Shown: positions 50,467 through 59,722, numbered from the stretch's first letter. The stretch is 64,000 nucleotides of DNA from Rhodobacterales bacterium (GCA_031441285.1 JANOER010000087.1:170-64169); one strand, 5' to 3'. Made by a program: numbers and translations. Notes: generated by a model from the sequence alone, not told the origin.

Positions 50467-51302
50467 TCGGGTTCATCGGATCGGTGTTTTCACCCTGGTA
50501 TCGCTGGTCGGGCCGCCGCGAGCCGCAGAACCACGTCTGCCTGAACGTCGCGACCTATGGGCCAGGCGGGCGCTTCACCATGACCGACCGGGGGCGTGGT
50601 GCTTTGCGGCAGACGCCTGACCGGTTGCAGATCGGACCCTCGGCGATGCACTGGACCGGGCATGAGCTGGTGGTGGAGGTCGACGAGATTTCGGCGCCGC
50701 CGGTGATCTCGCGGGTTCGGGGCACGATCACCCTGACGCCCGAGGCCATGACCGGGGTCGAGGCGCGGCTGACCTCCGACGGTGCGCATGTCTGGCGCCC
50801 GTTCGCGCCGATCGCGCGGGTGAAGGTGGACCTGACCCAGGGCCAGTCCTGGGAAGGCCACGGCTACTGGGACGCAAATTTCGGCACCGCGGCGCTTGAG
50901 GCCGACTTCCGCTTCTGGACCTGGGGCCGGTTTCCGCTGAAGGACCGGACGGTCTGCTTTTACGACGCGACCCGGCGCGACGGCACAAGCCTTGCCCTCG
51001 GGGTCGAGATCGACCGCGCGGGCGAGGTGCGCGAAATCGAGCCGCCGCCCCTGACCCCGTTCCGGCGCAGCCTCTGGGCGGTCCGGCGGGAAACCCGCGC
51101 CGATCCCGGCTTTGTCCCAAGGCAACGGAAAGGCCTGCTGGACGCCCCGTTCTACGCGCGCAGCCTGGTCGAGACCCGGATTGACGGCGAGGCGTCAGTC
51201 GGCGTCCACGAGGCGCTGGATCTGGTGCGCTTCCGACAGCCCTGGCTGAAACCGATGATCGCCCTGCGGGTGCCAAGGCGGCGCGACTGGCAGTTTCAGT
51301 GA
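50463..51302 (+). CDS. crtC: hydroxyneurosporene synthase (carotenoid 1,2-hydratase)
   Basis: GTG 50463 overlaps the crtD TGA (GTGA). Protein reads IGFIGSVFSPWYRWSG... The frame is homologous-looking further upstream (see findings). Confidence 0.8.
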   Translation: MIGFIGSVFSPWYRWSGRREPQNHVCLNVATYGPGGRFTMTDRGRGALRQTPDRLQIGPSAMHWTGHELVVEVDEISAPPVISRVRGTITLTPEAMTGVEARLTSDGAHVWRPFAPIARVKVDLTQGQSWEGHGYWDANFGTAALEADFRFWTWGRFPLKDRTVCFYDATRRDGTSLALGVEIDRAGEVREIEPPPLTPFRRSLWAVRRETRADPGFVPRQRKGLLDAPFYARSLVETRIDGEASVGVHEALDLVRFRQPWLKPMIALRVPRRRDWQFQ

Positions 51303-51318
51303 CGACCCTGGCCCGCGC

Positions 51319-51786
51319 TCAGGCAGGGCGCGCCGCCCCCGGGTTCAACCGCACCACGGCAAGGTTCAGCGCACCTGCAACGGTGACCCAGACCAGATAG
51401 GGCAGGAACATCAGCCCGGCCCAGACATCAAGCTGGAGGAAGACCAGCGTGGTCGCGGCGACGGAACCCCAGAGAAAGACCATCACCCCCAGCGCCGCCC
51501 GTATCCGCCGCAAGCCGAAGAACACCGGGGTCCACAGCGTGTTGAACGCGATCTGCACCGACCAGAGCGCCAGCCCCATCGCGGAACCTTCAACCTGCGA
51601 AGCGCGTGCGGCAGCGGCCGACATCAGAAGGTAAAGCGTCACCCAGGCCACCGGGAAAAGCCAGTTCGGCGGGGTCCAGGCGGGCTTGTTCAGCGCGTCG
51701 TACCAGGGGCCGGGCGCGAACATTGCCCCGGTCGTGGCGGCAGCTCCGCAAGCGACAAGATAGGTGGCGAACAGCGCAAGATCCAT
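51319..51786 (-). CDS. tspO: tryptophan-rich sensory protein TspO (CrtK)
   Basis: Five TM segments. Trp-rich: PAWTPPNWLFPVAWVTLY. AAGGAG RBS. Confidence 0.9.
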   Translation of the reverse strand: MDLALFATYLVACGAAATTGAMFAPGPWYDALNKPAWTPPNWLFPVAWVTLYLLMSAAAARASQVEGSAMGLALWSVQIAFNTLWTPVFFGLRRIRAALGVMVFLWGSVAATTLVFLQLDVWAGLMFLPYLVWVTVAGALNLAVVRLNPGAARPA

Positions 51787-51876
51787 GGCCAGGCTCCTTT
51801 TCCCCGGAAATAGGCCGGCGGTTGCGCGGATACAAGCCTAGCCTGTTGCAAGTGCCGCACGGGGCACAGGGATCCC

Positions 51877-51895
51877 GATTTTTCGCAGAAAAATC
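51877..51895. repeat. 19-nt AT-rich palindrome GATTTTTCGCAGAAAAATC (family copy 2)
   Basis: In the crtB-tspO spacer, nested inside the 10-bp inverted repeat AAGTGCCGCA (51850-51859) / TGCGGCACTT (51902-51911). Confidence 0.8.
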
Positions 51896-51928
51896 TTGGC
51901 TTGCGGCACTTCAGTTGGCCGGAGCGAC

Positions 51929-51947
51929 GATTTTTCTGCGAAAAATC
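51929..51947. repeat. 19-nt AT-rich palindrome GATTTTTCTGCGAAAAATC (family copy 3)
   Basis: Exact reverse complement of copy 2. Overlaps the crtB stop codon (51946-51948). Confidence 0.8.
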
Positions 51948-52974
51948 ATGGCCGTTCAAGGGACGAAAGGCCACGGTCGCGCGCTTCGAGCTGTGCAAGG
52001 ACCGACAAAAGTGCGTCGCTGCGGGCGCGGACCGGCGCGGCGCGCGCAGCGGCCTGGACAAGAAAAGCAACCTCGGGTTCCGGGGGGGCGTGCAGCGTCG
52101 CCGGACGGGGCATCACCAGGGTCGCCCCGGACCGCAGGGTGGACAGCATGAGCCAGCCAAGCTTCTGCCCTTTCGTGGTGCGCGCCCGCACCGAGACCGC
52201 ATCATGCCCGTTCCGCGCCACTGCGCCACCGATCCCGGCATAGATCGCACCCGCCGCAAGGATGCCAGGCCGGCAGGCGGCGGGCAGCGCCGGCACACCC
52301 GATCCGGACCGCTGGTAAAGCCTTCGGGCCGTGGCCAGCAACCGCGCGGTAGCCGCGCGGATCGGCGGGCTTGCCACGGGATCCGCGAGAAAGCCGTCCA
52401 GGTCGACCCCGGCCGACTTCAGCCAGTCAAGCGGCAGGTACAGGCGTCCGGCCCGCGCATCCTCACCCACGTCGCGGGCGATGTTGGTCAATTGCATCGC
52501 AAGGCCCAGATCGCAGGCCCGCGCCAGCGCATCACCGTCGCGCACCCGCATCAGGACGCACATCATCGCGCCGACCGCCGCCGCAACCCGCGCCGAATAC
52601 CCAAGGACACCGGACAGATCGGCATAGCGCCGCCCCGAAGCATCCCAGGCCATGCCTTCCAGAAGCGCATCGGGCAGCGCGCGCGGCATCTCGAAGCTGT
52701 CCACCACCACAGCGAAGGCGCGGTCGGCGGCGGCATCGACCGGGCGGCCCTGATAGACCCGGTCCAGACGGTCGCGCAGCCGCAAGACCGCCGCAACCTT
52801 GTCATGGCCTTCGTCCACCGCATCATCCGCGAGCCTGCAAAACGCATAGAGCGCCAGTGCCGGATCGCGGACCGCGCCCGGAAGCAGACGTGACGCTGCG
52901 TGGAAGGACAGGCTGCCGGTGCGGATCGCGGCCCGGCAGGCTTCAAGGTCTGCGGCGGCAATGCGGGCGGTCAT
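51946..52974 (-). CDS. crtB: phytoene synthase
   Basis: CRLADDAVDE and ARDVGEDARAGRLYLP motifs. ATG 52974 forms an ATGA overlap with the crtI stop. Confidence 0.92.
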   Translation of the reverse strand: MTARIAAADLEACRAAIRTGSLSFHAASRLLPGAVRDPALALYAFCRLADDAVDEGHDKVAAVLRLRDRLDRVYQGRPVDAAADRAFAVVVDSFEMPRALPDALLEGMAWDASGRRYADLSGVLGYSARVAAAVGAMMCVLMRVRDGDALARACDLGLAMQLTNIARDVGEDARAGRLYLPLDWLKSAGVDLDGFLADPVASPPIRAATARLLATARRLYQRSGSGVPALPAACRPGILAAGAIYAGIGGAVARNGHDAVSVRARTTKGQKLGWLMLSTLRSGATLVMPRPATLHAPPEPEVAFLVQAAARAAPVRARSDALLSVLAQLEARDRGLSSLERP

Positions 52975-54515
52975 TCGGCGGCCAGGGGAAGCGGCGTCGC
53001 CGGGGCGCGCATTGCGGGCGGAGGGATCAGCTGGCCAAGGATCTCGGCCGTGCCGATCACGCCGGGCACGCCTGCGCCGGGATGGGTGCCTGCGCCGCAA
53101 AGATAAAGGCCCGGCAGGTCTTCCGACACATTGTGCGGCCGGAACCAGGCCGACTGGAATATCCGCGGCTCCAGCGAAAAACCGGCGCCGTGCGGGGAGT
53201 TGTACCGGGTCTTGAACGTCTCGGGCGTAAAGACCTCTTCGGCGACGATGTGCTGGCGAAAGCCGGGGATCAGGCGCTCCAGCATCGTGGCGACGCGGTC
53301 CTTGTAAGCATCGGCAAAGGTTGCCCAGTCCGCGGCACCGTGGCCCAGATGCGGCACCGGGCTTAGCGCGTAGAAGGTGTCATCACCCTGCGGGGCGGCC
53401 GAAGGGTCGGTCACGCTGGGTCGGTGGACATAAAGGCTCATGTCCCCGGTGATCTTTCCGGTGCGAAAGATATCGCGGATATGGTTGCGATACTCCGGCC
53501 CGACAAGGATGGTATGGTGACCGGCCTCGGGCCAGAGATCGCGGGTGCCTTTGGTGCCGAAATACCAGACGAAAAGCCCCATCGACCAGCGTGACCGGGC
53601 CATCCGCCGATCCGTCCAGCGCCGCTTGCGGTGGTTGCGCAGCAAGGTGCCGTAGGTGAACCCGGGGTCGGCGTTCGAGACGACAACCTCGGCCCCGATC
53701 TCTTCGCCGGATTTCAGGCGGACCCCGGCGGCCCTGCCGTTACGGACCACGATCTCGTCGGCTTCGGTCTGAAGTCGCACGGTGCCGCCCTGGTCCCGGA
53801 TCACCCGCACCATGGCATCGGCAATCGCCTGCACGCCACCCATGGCGTAGTGCACACCGTAGGCCGCCTCAAGATGGCTGACGAGGGCATACATGCTGGT
53901 GACGCGGAAGGGATCGCCGCCGATGAACAGCGGGTGGAACGACAGCGCGAACCGCAAGCGCGGGTCGGCGACGCGGCGGGCGGCGTGGGCGTGGACCGAC
54001 CGGTCCGCGCGCAGCCAGGCGAATTTCGGCAGGACTTTAATCAGATCCCACAGCCGGTGCATCGGGCGGCGTCCCAGGTCCTCGAACCCGAAGTCATAGC
54101 GGGTGCGGGCGTCCTTCAGGAACCTGTCGAACCCCGCGGCATCGGCGGGGGCAAGGCGCGCGGCCTCGGCCCGAATCGCGTCGGCACCGGGGCGCATGGT
54201 GAACCGGGAGCCGTCATCAAAGCGGATCTCGTAGAACGGGTCTATCGCGCGCAGGGTGACATCGGCGTCGAAGTCTTTCCCGCAGGCGCCCCAGAGGTCG
54301 CGCAGCACCTGCGGCACGGTGACGATCGTCGGTCCAAGGTCAAATCGGTGGCCGGCCTCGGTGATCGACGAGCCGCGTCCACCGGGGCGGTCAAGCCGGT
54401 CGATCAGGGTGACCTGCCACCCCTTTGCGCCAAGTCGCATGGCGCTGGCAAGTCCGCCAAGACCCGCTCCGATCACGAGGGCCTGGCCTTGGGAAGTCAT
54501 GTTATGGTCGATCAT
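52971..54515 (-). CDS. crtI: phytoene desaturase
   Basis: ALVIGAGLGGLASAMRL FAD fold. Close to my memory of R. sphaeroides CrtI. ATG 54500 is an alternative start. Confidence 0.93.
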   Translation of the reverse strand: MIDHNMTSQGQALVIGAGLGGLASAMRLGAKGWQVTLIDRLDRPGGRGSSITEAGHRFDLGPTIVTVPQVLRDLWGACGKDFDADVTLRAIDPFYEIRFDDGSRFTMRPGADAIRAEAARLAPADAAGFDRFLKDARTRYDFGFEDLGRRPMHRLWDLIKVLPKFAWLRADRSVHAHAARRVADPRLRFALSFHPLFIGGDPFRVTSMYALVSHLEAAYGVHYAMGGVQAIADAMVRVIRDQGGTVRLQTEADEIVVRNGRAAGVRLKSGEEIGAEVVVSNADPGFTYGTLLRNHRKRRWTDRRMARSRWSMGLFVWYFGTKGTRDLWPEAGHHTILVGPEYRNHIRDIFRTGKITGDMSLYVHRPSVTDPSAAPQGDDTFYALSPVPHLGHGAADWATFADAYKDRVATMLERLIPGFRQHIVAEEVFTPETFKTRYNSPHGAGFSLEPRIFQSAWFRPHNVSEDLPGLYLCGAGTHPGAGVPGVIGTAEILGQLIPPPAMRAPATPLPLAAE

Positions 54516-54531
54516 GGCGCCGATGATAAGG

Positions 54532-54549
54532 TGTCCACCCAGATTTACA
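54532..54549. promoter_or_regulatory. PpsR/CrtJ box (crtI side of the crtI/crtA divergent region)
   Basis: TGTCCACCCAGATTTACA. Confidence 0.65.
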
Positions 54550-54606
54550 ACCGTGCAGATGATGCGGCAAAACAGCCCCTTTCCGCGCGACCAGTTTGCG
54601 CTAGAC

Positions 54607-54624
54607 TGTCAGCACTTCGTTACA
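54607..54624. promoter_or_regulatory. PpsR/CrtJ box (crtA side)
   Basis: TGTCAGCACTTCGTTACA, ending 12 nt upstream of the crtA ATG. Confidence 0.65.
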
Positions 54625-54636
54625 CTCGAGGTGTGA

Positions 54637-55434
54637 ATGCCCACCGCCAGTCTAAGCCTTTTCCGCTTTCACGGCCTTTGGCCGCGGTTGTGGATCCTTG
54701 GCCAGATGGGTGTTGCGCGGCTGGCGTTGCGCCGCGAGCCGCACCTGATGTTCTGGAAGCTGTGCGGGTCCGGCACCGGCGAAGGTTTCACCCCGAAGCC
54801 GAACATGGGGGTCTGGGCAATCCTGGCCGTCTGGCCGGACGAAGCGACGGCGCGCGCCGGCACCACGGGCGGATCGGTGTGGCGGCGCTGGCGCGGGCGT
54901 GCGACGGAAAGCGCCACGGTCTTTCTGTCGCCCCTGTCGGCGCGCGGCTCGTGGTCGGGGATCAACCCCTTCGTCCCCGAATCGCACCCGGCCGATCCCG
55001 ACGGCCCCCTTGCCGTCCTGACCCGTGCCAGCGTCAAGCCCGCCCGGGCGCTGCGCTTCTGGCGGCGGGTGCCCGACATCTCGGCGGTGATCGGGGCGGA
55101 CCCGGACGTGCTGTTCAAGATCGGCATCGGCGAGGTGCCGCTTTTGCACCAGATCACCTTCTCGATCTGGCCGGACGGGGCCAGCATGACCCGCTTTGCC
55201 CGCGGCGACGGCCCGCATGGCCGCGCGATAAAGGCCGTGCGCGAGGAGGGCTGGTTCACCGATGAACTTTACGCCCGGTTCCGGGTTCTGGGGGTCGAGG
55301 GGCGCTGGGGCGGAGCAGACCTTCTGCTGGACCGGCGGACCTTCGCCCCGGTCGGCCCGGCCCTTGCTGCCAGCGCCGCGGGGGCCACGATCTCTGCCGC
55401 TGCGCCGCTAAGCTCGTCCACACCCGCCGCATGA
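54637..55434 (+). CDS. crtA: spheroidene monooxygenase
   Basis: Position crtI|crtA-bchI. N-terminus SLSLFRF..WKLCGSGTGEGFTP is typical of CrtA. Confidence 0.88.
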   Translation: MPTASLSLFRFHGLWPRLWILGQMGVARLALRREPHLMFWKLCGSGTGEGFTPKPNMGVWAILAVWPDEATARAGTTGGSVWRRWRGRATESATVFLSPLSARGSWSGINPFVPESHPADPDGPLAVLTRASVKPARALRFWRRVPDISAVIGADPDVLFKIGIGEVPLLHQITFSIWPDGASMTRFARGDGPHGRAIKAVREEGWFTDELYARFRVLGVEGRWGGADLLLDRRTFAPVGPALAASAAGATISAAAPLSSSTPAA

Positions 55435-55441
55435 GGCCCCG

Positions 55442-56458
55442 ATGACCCAGACCCCGCGCCAACCCTTTCCCTTCTCGGCCATCGTGGGTCAGGAGGACAT
55501 GAAGACCGCAATGATCCTGACCGCGATAGATCCGGGCATCGGCGGCGTGCTGGTCTTTGGCGACCGCGGCACCGGCAAGTCCACCGCCGTCCGCGCGCTG
55601 GCCGCCCTTTTGCCGCCGATCGACGCGGTCGAGGGCTGCCCGGTCAATTCCCCCCGGCGCGACCTGTGCCCGGACTGGGCGCAGATCACTTCGGACCGGA
55701 TCGTCAGCAAGCCCACGCCGGTCGTCGACCTGCCCCTTGGCGTGACCGAGGATAGGGTCGTTGGCGCGCTGGACATCGAACGTGCCCTGACGCGGGGCGA
55801 AAAGGCTTTCGAGGCCGGCCTGCTCGCGCGGGCCAACCGGGGCTATCTTTACATCGACGAGGTGAACCTGCTGGAGGATCATATCGTCGACCTCCTGCTT
55901 GATGTGGCGCAATCCGGCGAAAACGTGGTCGAGCGTGAGGGCCTGTCGATTCGCCATGCCGCTCGCTTTGTCCTGGTCGGGTCCGGCAACCCCGAGGAAG
56001 GCGAACTTCGGCCCCAGCTTCTGGACCGGTTCGGCCTATCGGTCGAGGTGACCTCGCCAAAGGACATCGCCACCCGGGTCGAGGTGATCAAGCGCCGCGA
56101 TGCCTATGAAAACCGGTATGACCGGTTCATGAAGACCTGGCGGCCGATGGACGCGGGCCTGCGCAGCCAGATCCTTGCCGCCCGTGCGGCGCTGCCGGCG
56201 CTGAAGACCCCCGGCACGGCGCTGCATGACTGCGCCGCATTGTGCCTGGCACTTGGGTCGGACGGCTTGCGGGGCGAGTTGACGCTTCTGCGCGCGGCCC
56301 GGGCGCTGGCCGCGTTTGACGGCGACGCCACGCTGCACCGCCGCCACCTGCGGCGGGTGGCCCCGATGGCCCTGTCGCACCGCCTGCGTCGTGACCCGCT
56401 GGACGAGGCCGGATCCGGCGCCCGCGTCGGCCGCATGCTGGCCGAGGTGCTGCCCTGA
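55442..56458 (+). CDS. bchI: magnesium chelatase ATPase subunit I
   Basis: FPFSAIVGQEDMK, Walker A GDRGTGKST, AAA+ protein. Confidence 0.95.
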   Translation: MTQTPRQPFPFSAIVGQEDMKTAMILTAIDPGIGGVLVFGDRGTGKSTAVRALAALLPPIDAVEGCPVNSPRRDLCPDWAQITSDRIVSKPTPVVDLPLGVTEDRVVGALDIERALTRGEKAFEAGLLARANRGYLYIDEVNLLEDHIVDLLLDVAQSGENVVEREGLSIRHAARFVLVGSGNPEEGELRPQLLDRFGLSVEVTSPKDIATRVEVIKRRDAYENRYDRFMKTWRPMDAGLRSQILAARAALPALKTPGTALHDCAALCLALGSDGLRGELTLLRAARALAAFDGDATLHRRHLRRVAPMALSHRLRRDPLDEAGSGARVGRMLAEVLP

Positions 56459-56529
56459 CCGATCTTGCGCCCTTTCCAGCCGGCACCCCCACGGCGGACA
56501 GCCGCTGGCAGCGCGTCGAACTGGCACTG

Positions 56530-58233
56530 ATGGCGCTGGCGGTCGATCCGGTGGGCCTGAAGGGTCTGTGGCTGCGGGCCCGCAGCGGCCCGGTCCGGGA
56601 CAGGGTGACGGACGCACTCGCCGCCCTGCCCTTGCCGCTGCGCAAGTTGCACCCCTCGCTGGGGGACGAGGCGCTGTTCGGCGGGCTGGACCTTGCCGCA
56701 ACGCTTGCCGCTGGCCGACCGGTCCGGTCCGAGGGGCTTCTGGCGCACCCGGCCGTGCTGGTCCTGACCATGGCCGAACGCTGCTCGGCCGGGCTTGCCG
56801 CGCGTCTGGGACAGGCACTTGACAGCCCCGGCCCCTGCCTTGTCGCCCTGGACGAAGGCGCCGGAGAGGGCGAAACCCTGCCGCAGGCGCTGGCCGACCG
56901 CCTGGCGCTGTTCCTGACGCTGGACGACATCGCGGAAGCCGATGCGCCGCCTTTCACGCTGGATGCAGACCGGCTTGCAACGGCCCGCGCCCGGCTGGGC
57001 CGCATCCGCCTGCCAGCAAGTGCCCCCACGCAACTGACGTCGGTTGCCTTTCGCCTTGGCATCCCGGGCCTGCGCGCGCCGCTTCTGGCGCTGCGGCTTG
57101 CGCGGGCGATCGCCGCCCTGCGCGGCCATTCCGGCATCCGCCGCGACGACCTACTGGCCGCTGCCGAACTTGCCTATGCCCACCGCGCGACAATCCCGCC
57201 CGAGGCAGCGCAACCCGACGCTGCCCCCCCCGACCGGCCACCGGAACCGCCGCCGGACCAGACCCCCGACAGCGACGGTCAGTCCGAGACGCTGGACCTG
57301 CCAGACGAGCTGATCCTCGAGGCGGTCCGGGCCGCCCTCCCCACTGATCTTCTTGACCGCCTGGCCGCCGCCCGCGCCGCCCGTGCGCTGCAAGGCGGCA
57401 CCGGATCGGGCGAGGCGCGCAGCGGTCACAGGCGGGGCCGTCCCCTGCCGTCCCGCCCCGGCCGGCCCGGAACCGGGCTGCGGCTCGACCTGATAGCCAC
57501 GCTGCGCGCCGCCGCCCCCTGGCAGGCCCTGCGCCAGTCCCAGCTGCGCGCGCCAACCCCGCTTCCGCTTGCACCGGAAACCGGGGCGTCGCCGTCGGCT
57601 GTGGACCACCGTCTGCACATCCGCCCCTCCGATTTCCGCATTCGCCGGCACCAGGAACGGACCGAGCGCGTCCTGATCTTCGCCGTCGATGCCTCGGGCT
57701 CTGCGGCCCTGGCGCGCCTGGCCGAGGCGAAAGGCGCGGTCGAACTCCTGCTTGCCCGTGCCTACGCCCGGCGCGACCATGTGGCCCTGATCGCGTTCCG
57801 GGGCGCCGGTGCCGAACTGGTGCTGCCGCCGACCAGGTCGCTGGTGCAGACCAAGCGTCGGCTTGCCGGCCTGCCCGGCGGCGGCGGCACGCCCCTGGCC
57901 GCGGCACTGCGGCTGGCGGGCGATACGGCGATCCGGGCGCGCGGACGGGGGCTGACGCCGATTCTGGCGCTGTTGACGGACGGCCGGGCGAATGTCGCTC
58001 TGGACGGGGCGCCGGGCCGGGACCGGGCCGAAGCGGATGCCGCCGCCATGGCGCGACTCTGGCGGGCAACCGGTGCAGCTGCGGTGGTGATCGATACCGC
58101 CAGCCGGCCGGAAGCCGGACTGAAGCGGCTTGCCGCCACGCTGGGCGGGGTTTACCTGCCCCTGCCCCGGGCCGACGCCCTGCGGATGTCGACCGCACTT
58201 GAGACGAGCTTGCGTCCGGTGCAGTCTGGCTGA
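56530..58233 (+). CDS. bchD: magnesium chelatase subunit D
   Basis: LAVDPVGLKGLWLRARSGPVRD, a Pro-rich linker, and a C-terminal vWA domain (IFAVDASGS). The start is possibly upstream (see findings). Confidence 0.9.
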   Translation: MALAVDPVGLKGLWLRARSGPVRDRVTDALAALPLPLRKLHPSLGDEALFGGLDLAATLAAGRPVRSEGLLAHPAVLVLTMAERCSAGLAARLGQALDSPGPCLVALDEGAGEGETLPQALADRLALFLTLDDIAEADAPPFTLDADRLATARARLGRIRLPASAPTQLTSVAFRLGIPGLRAPLLALRLARAIAALRGHSGIRRDDLLAAAELAYAHRATIPPEAAQPDAAPPDRPPEPPPDQTPDSDGQSETLDLPDELILEAVRAALPTDLLDRLAAARAARALQGGTGSGEARSGHRRGRPLPSRPGRPGTGLRLDLIATLRAAAPWQALRQSQLRAPTPLPLAPETGASPSAVDHRLHIRPSDFRIRRHQERTERVLIFAVDASGSAALARLAEAKGAVELLLARAYARRDHVALIAFRGAGAELVLPPTRSLVQTKRRLAGLPGGGGTPLAAALRLAGDTAIRARGRGLTPILALLTDGRANVALDGAPGRDRAEADAAAMARLWRATGAAAVVIDTASRPEAGLKRLAATLGGVYLPLPRADALRMSTALETSLRPVQSG

Positions 58234-59112
58234 ATGACCTCCGCCACGCCCCGCGCCTCCGGCCAGAACCCGGACCACGATCCGCCCGCAGACTGGCCGT
58301 TGCGCGCGCATGCCCGCCGCATCCGCGCCCGCCATGACTGGTGGGTGGTCGAACACGGCACCGGTCCCGAGATCCTTGTCCTGCACGGCGCGGGCGGGTC
58401 GGGCCATTCGTTCCGTTACCTGGCCCCGGCGCTGTCCGGCCATCGCACGCTGATCCCCGACCTGCCGGGTCAGGGCTTTACCCGCCCCGGATCGCGAAGC
58501 CGGTTCGGCATCGTGCCGATGGCCGAAGACCTGGCCGCCCTGATCCAGACTGCCGGCTGGAAGCCGGAGCTGGTCATCGCCCATTCCGCCGGGGTGCCGC
58601 TGGCCTTGCAACTGTCGACGCTTTACCCCTTCCGCGCTGTGATCGGCATCAACGCGGCCCTGGGCCAGTTCGACGGCGCGGCGGGGTTTCTCTTTCCGCT
58701 CTTGGCGCGGGCGCTTGCCGCCACGCCTTTCGTGCCTTCGGTCGTCAGCCGCCTTTGGGGCAACGAGGCAAAGGTGCGCCAGCTGATCGATGGCACCGGG
58801 TCACGGCTGGAGGATGCCGGGATCGCGCAATACCTCGCGCTGATCCGGCGTGCCGCGCATGTCGACGGAACCCTTGCGATGATGGCCGCCTGGAGGGTCG
58901 ACAGATTGATGGCTGGGGCGCCGCGACTGACGGTTCCGACCCTGCTGATCACCAATGCCGGCGACCGGATCGTGCCGCCCGGCGTCAGCCGCGAGGCGGC
59001 ACGGATTCTGCCACGGGCGGAGGTGCGCGAAATGCCGGATCTGGGGCATCTGTCACATGAGCAAGATGCAGAGGCGGTCCTTGCGGCCTGTGCCGACTGG
59101 CTTCGGTCGTAG
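58234..59112 (+). CDS. bchO: alpha/beta hydrolase BchO
   Basis: HGAGGSGHSF and AHSAG nucleophile elbow. ATG directly abuts the bchD TGA. Confidence 0.8.
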   Translation: MTSATPRASGQNPDHDPPADWPLRAHARRIRARHDWWVVEHGTGPEILVLHGAGGSGHSFRYLAPALSGHRTLIPDLPGQGFTRPGSRSRFGIVPMAEDLAALIQTAGWKPELVIAHSAGVPLALQLSTLYPFRAVIGINAALGQFDGAAGFLFPLLARALAATPFVPSVVSRLWGNEAKVRQLIDGTGSRLEDAGIAQYLALIRRAAHVDGTLAMMAAWRVDRLMAGAPRLTVPTLLITNAGDRIVPPGVSREAARILPRAEVREMPDLGHLSHEQDAEAVLAACADWLRS

Positions 59113-59115
59113 AGC

Positions 59116-59159
59116 CAAATTCCTTCGAAGGAATTTGCAAATCTTTTCGAAAAGATTTG
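59116..59159. repeat. two abutting perfect 22-bp palindromes between convergent bchO and idi
   Basis: CAAATTCCTTCGAAGGAATTTG (59116-59137) and CAAATCTTTTCGAAAAGATTTG (59138-59159). Confidence 0.85.
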
Positions 59160-59169
59160 GGACTTGCCG

Positions 59170-59718
59170 CTACCGGACGCTCATCATCCGGGCGCCGAAA
59201 ATGGGGTCCATATGGTCGTCGAGGTAGATCCGCAGCCAGGGTGTGAAGCGATCCGGCGCGCGCAACACCTCGGCCTTGAGGTCGTAGAGATCCACCCAGC
59301 GGACATCCTGAACCTCGGACGGGTTCGGGACCACGGCCAGATTGCCCGTGGCTTCGGCCACGAAGATGTCGACAATTTCATGCTCGACCAGTCCCTGGCC
59401 GACATCGGCGCGGTATTCGACCCGTCCGGCATAGTTTGGGTAAAGTCCGGTGATCCCCAACTCTTCGCGCAAGCGGCGGACCGCGCAAGAAGCGGGATCT
59501 TCTTCCCATCCGGGATGGGTGCAGCAGGTGTTGGCCCAAAGTCCCGGCGTGTGATACTTGCCCGCCGCACGCTGCTGGATCAGCACGCGTGGTCCTTCCA
59601 TCACGAAAACCGACACCGCCTTGTGCTTGAGCCCGCGCTGATGCGCCTCAAGCTTGCCCACCGGGGTCAGCCGGCCCTCGATCCAGGCGGGGATCATCTC
59701 GTCAAGGCTGCCGTCCAT
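59170..59718 (-). CDS. idi: isopentenyl-diphosphate delta-isomerase (type 1)
   Basis: Nudix-like CCTHPGWEEDPASCAVRRLREELG. ATG 59718 lies 4 nt after the bchP stop. Confidence 0.85.
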   Translation of the reverse strand: MDGSLDEMIPAWIEGRLTPVGKLEAHQRGLKHKAVSVFVMEGPRVLIQQRAAGKYHTPGLWANTCCTHPGWEEDPASCAVRRLREELGITGLYPNYAGRVEYRADVGQGLVEHEIVDIFVAEATGNLAVVPNPSEVQDVRWVDLYDLKAEVLRAPDRFTPWLRIYLDDHMDPIFGARMMSVR

Positions 59719-59722
59719 CGGG

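Noticed and set aside
51877-51895. Identity of the AT-rich palindromes as a Fur box, Irr ICE box, FnrL/CRP site, LexA box, CtrA box or CcrM site.
   Set aside because: - By-eye comparison with the Fur consensus gives only 9 of 19 matches.
- No TTGAT-N4-ATCAA, GTTC-N7-GTTC, TTAA-N7-TTAA, TTTAGAA-N3-TTCTAAA or GANTC pattern is present.
- No known regulator can be assigned.
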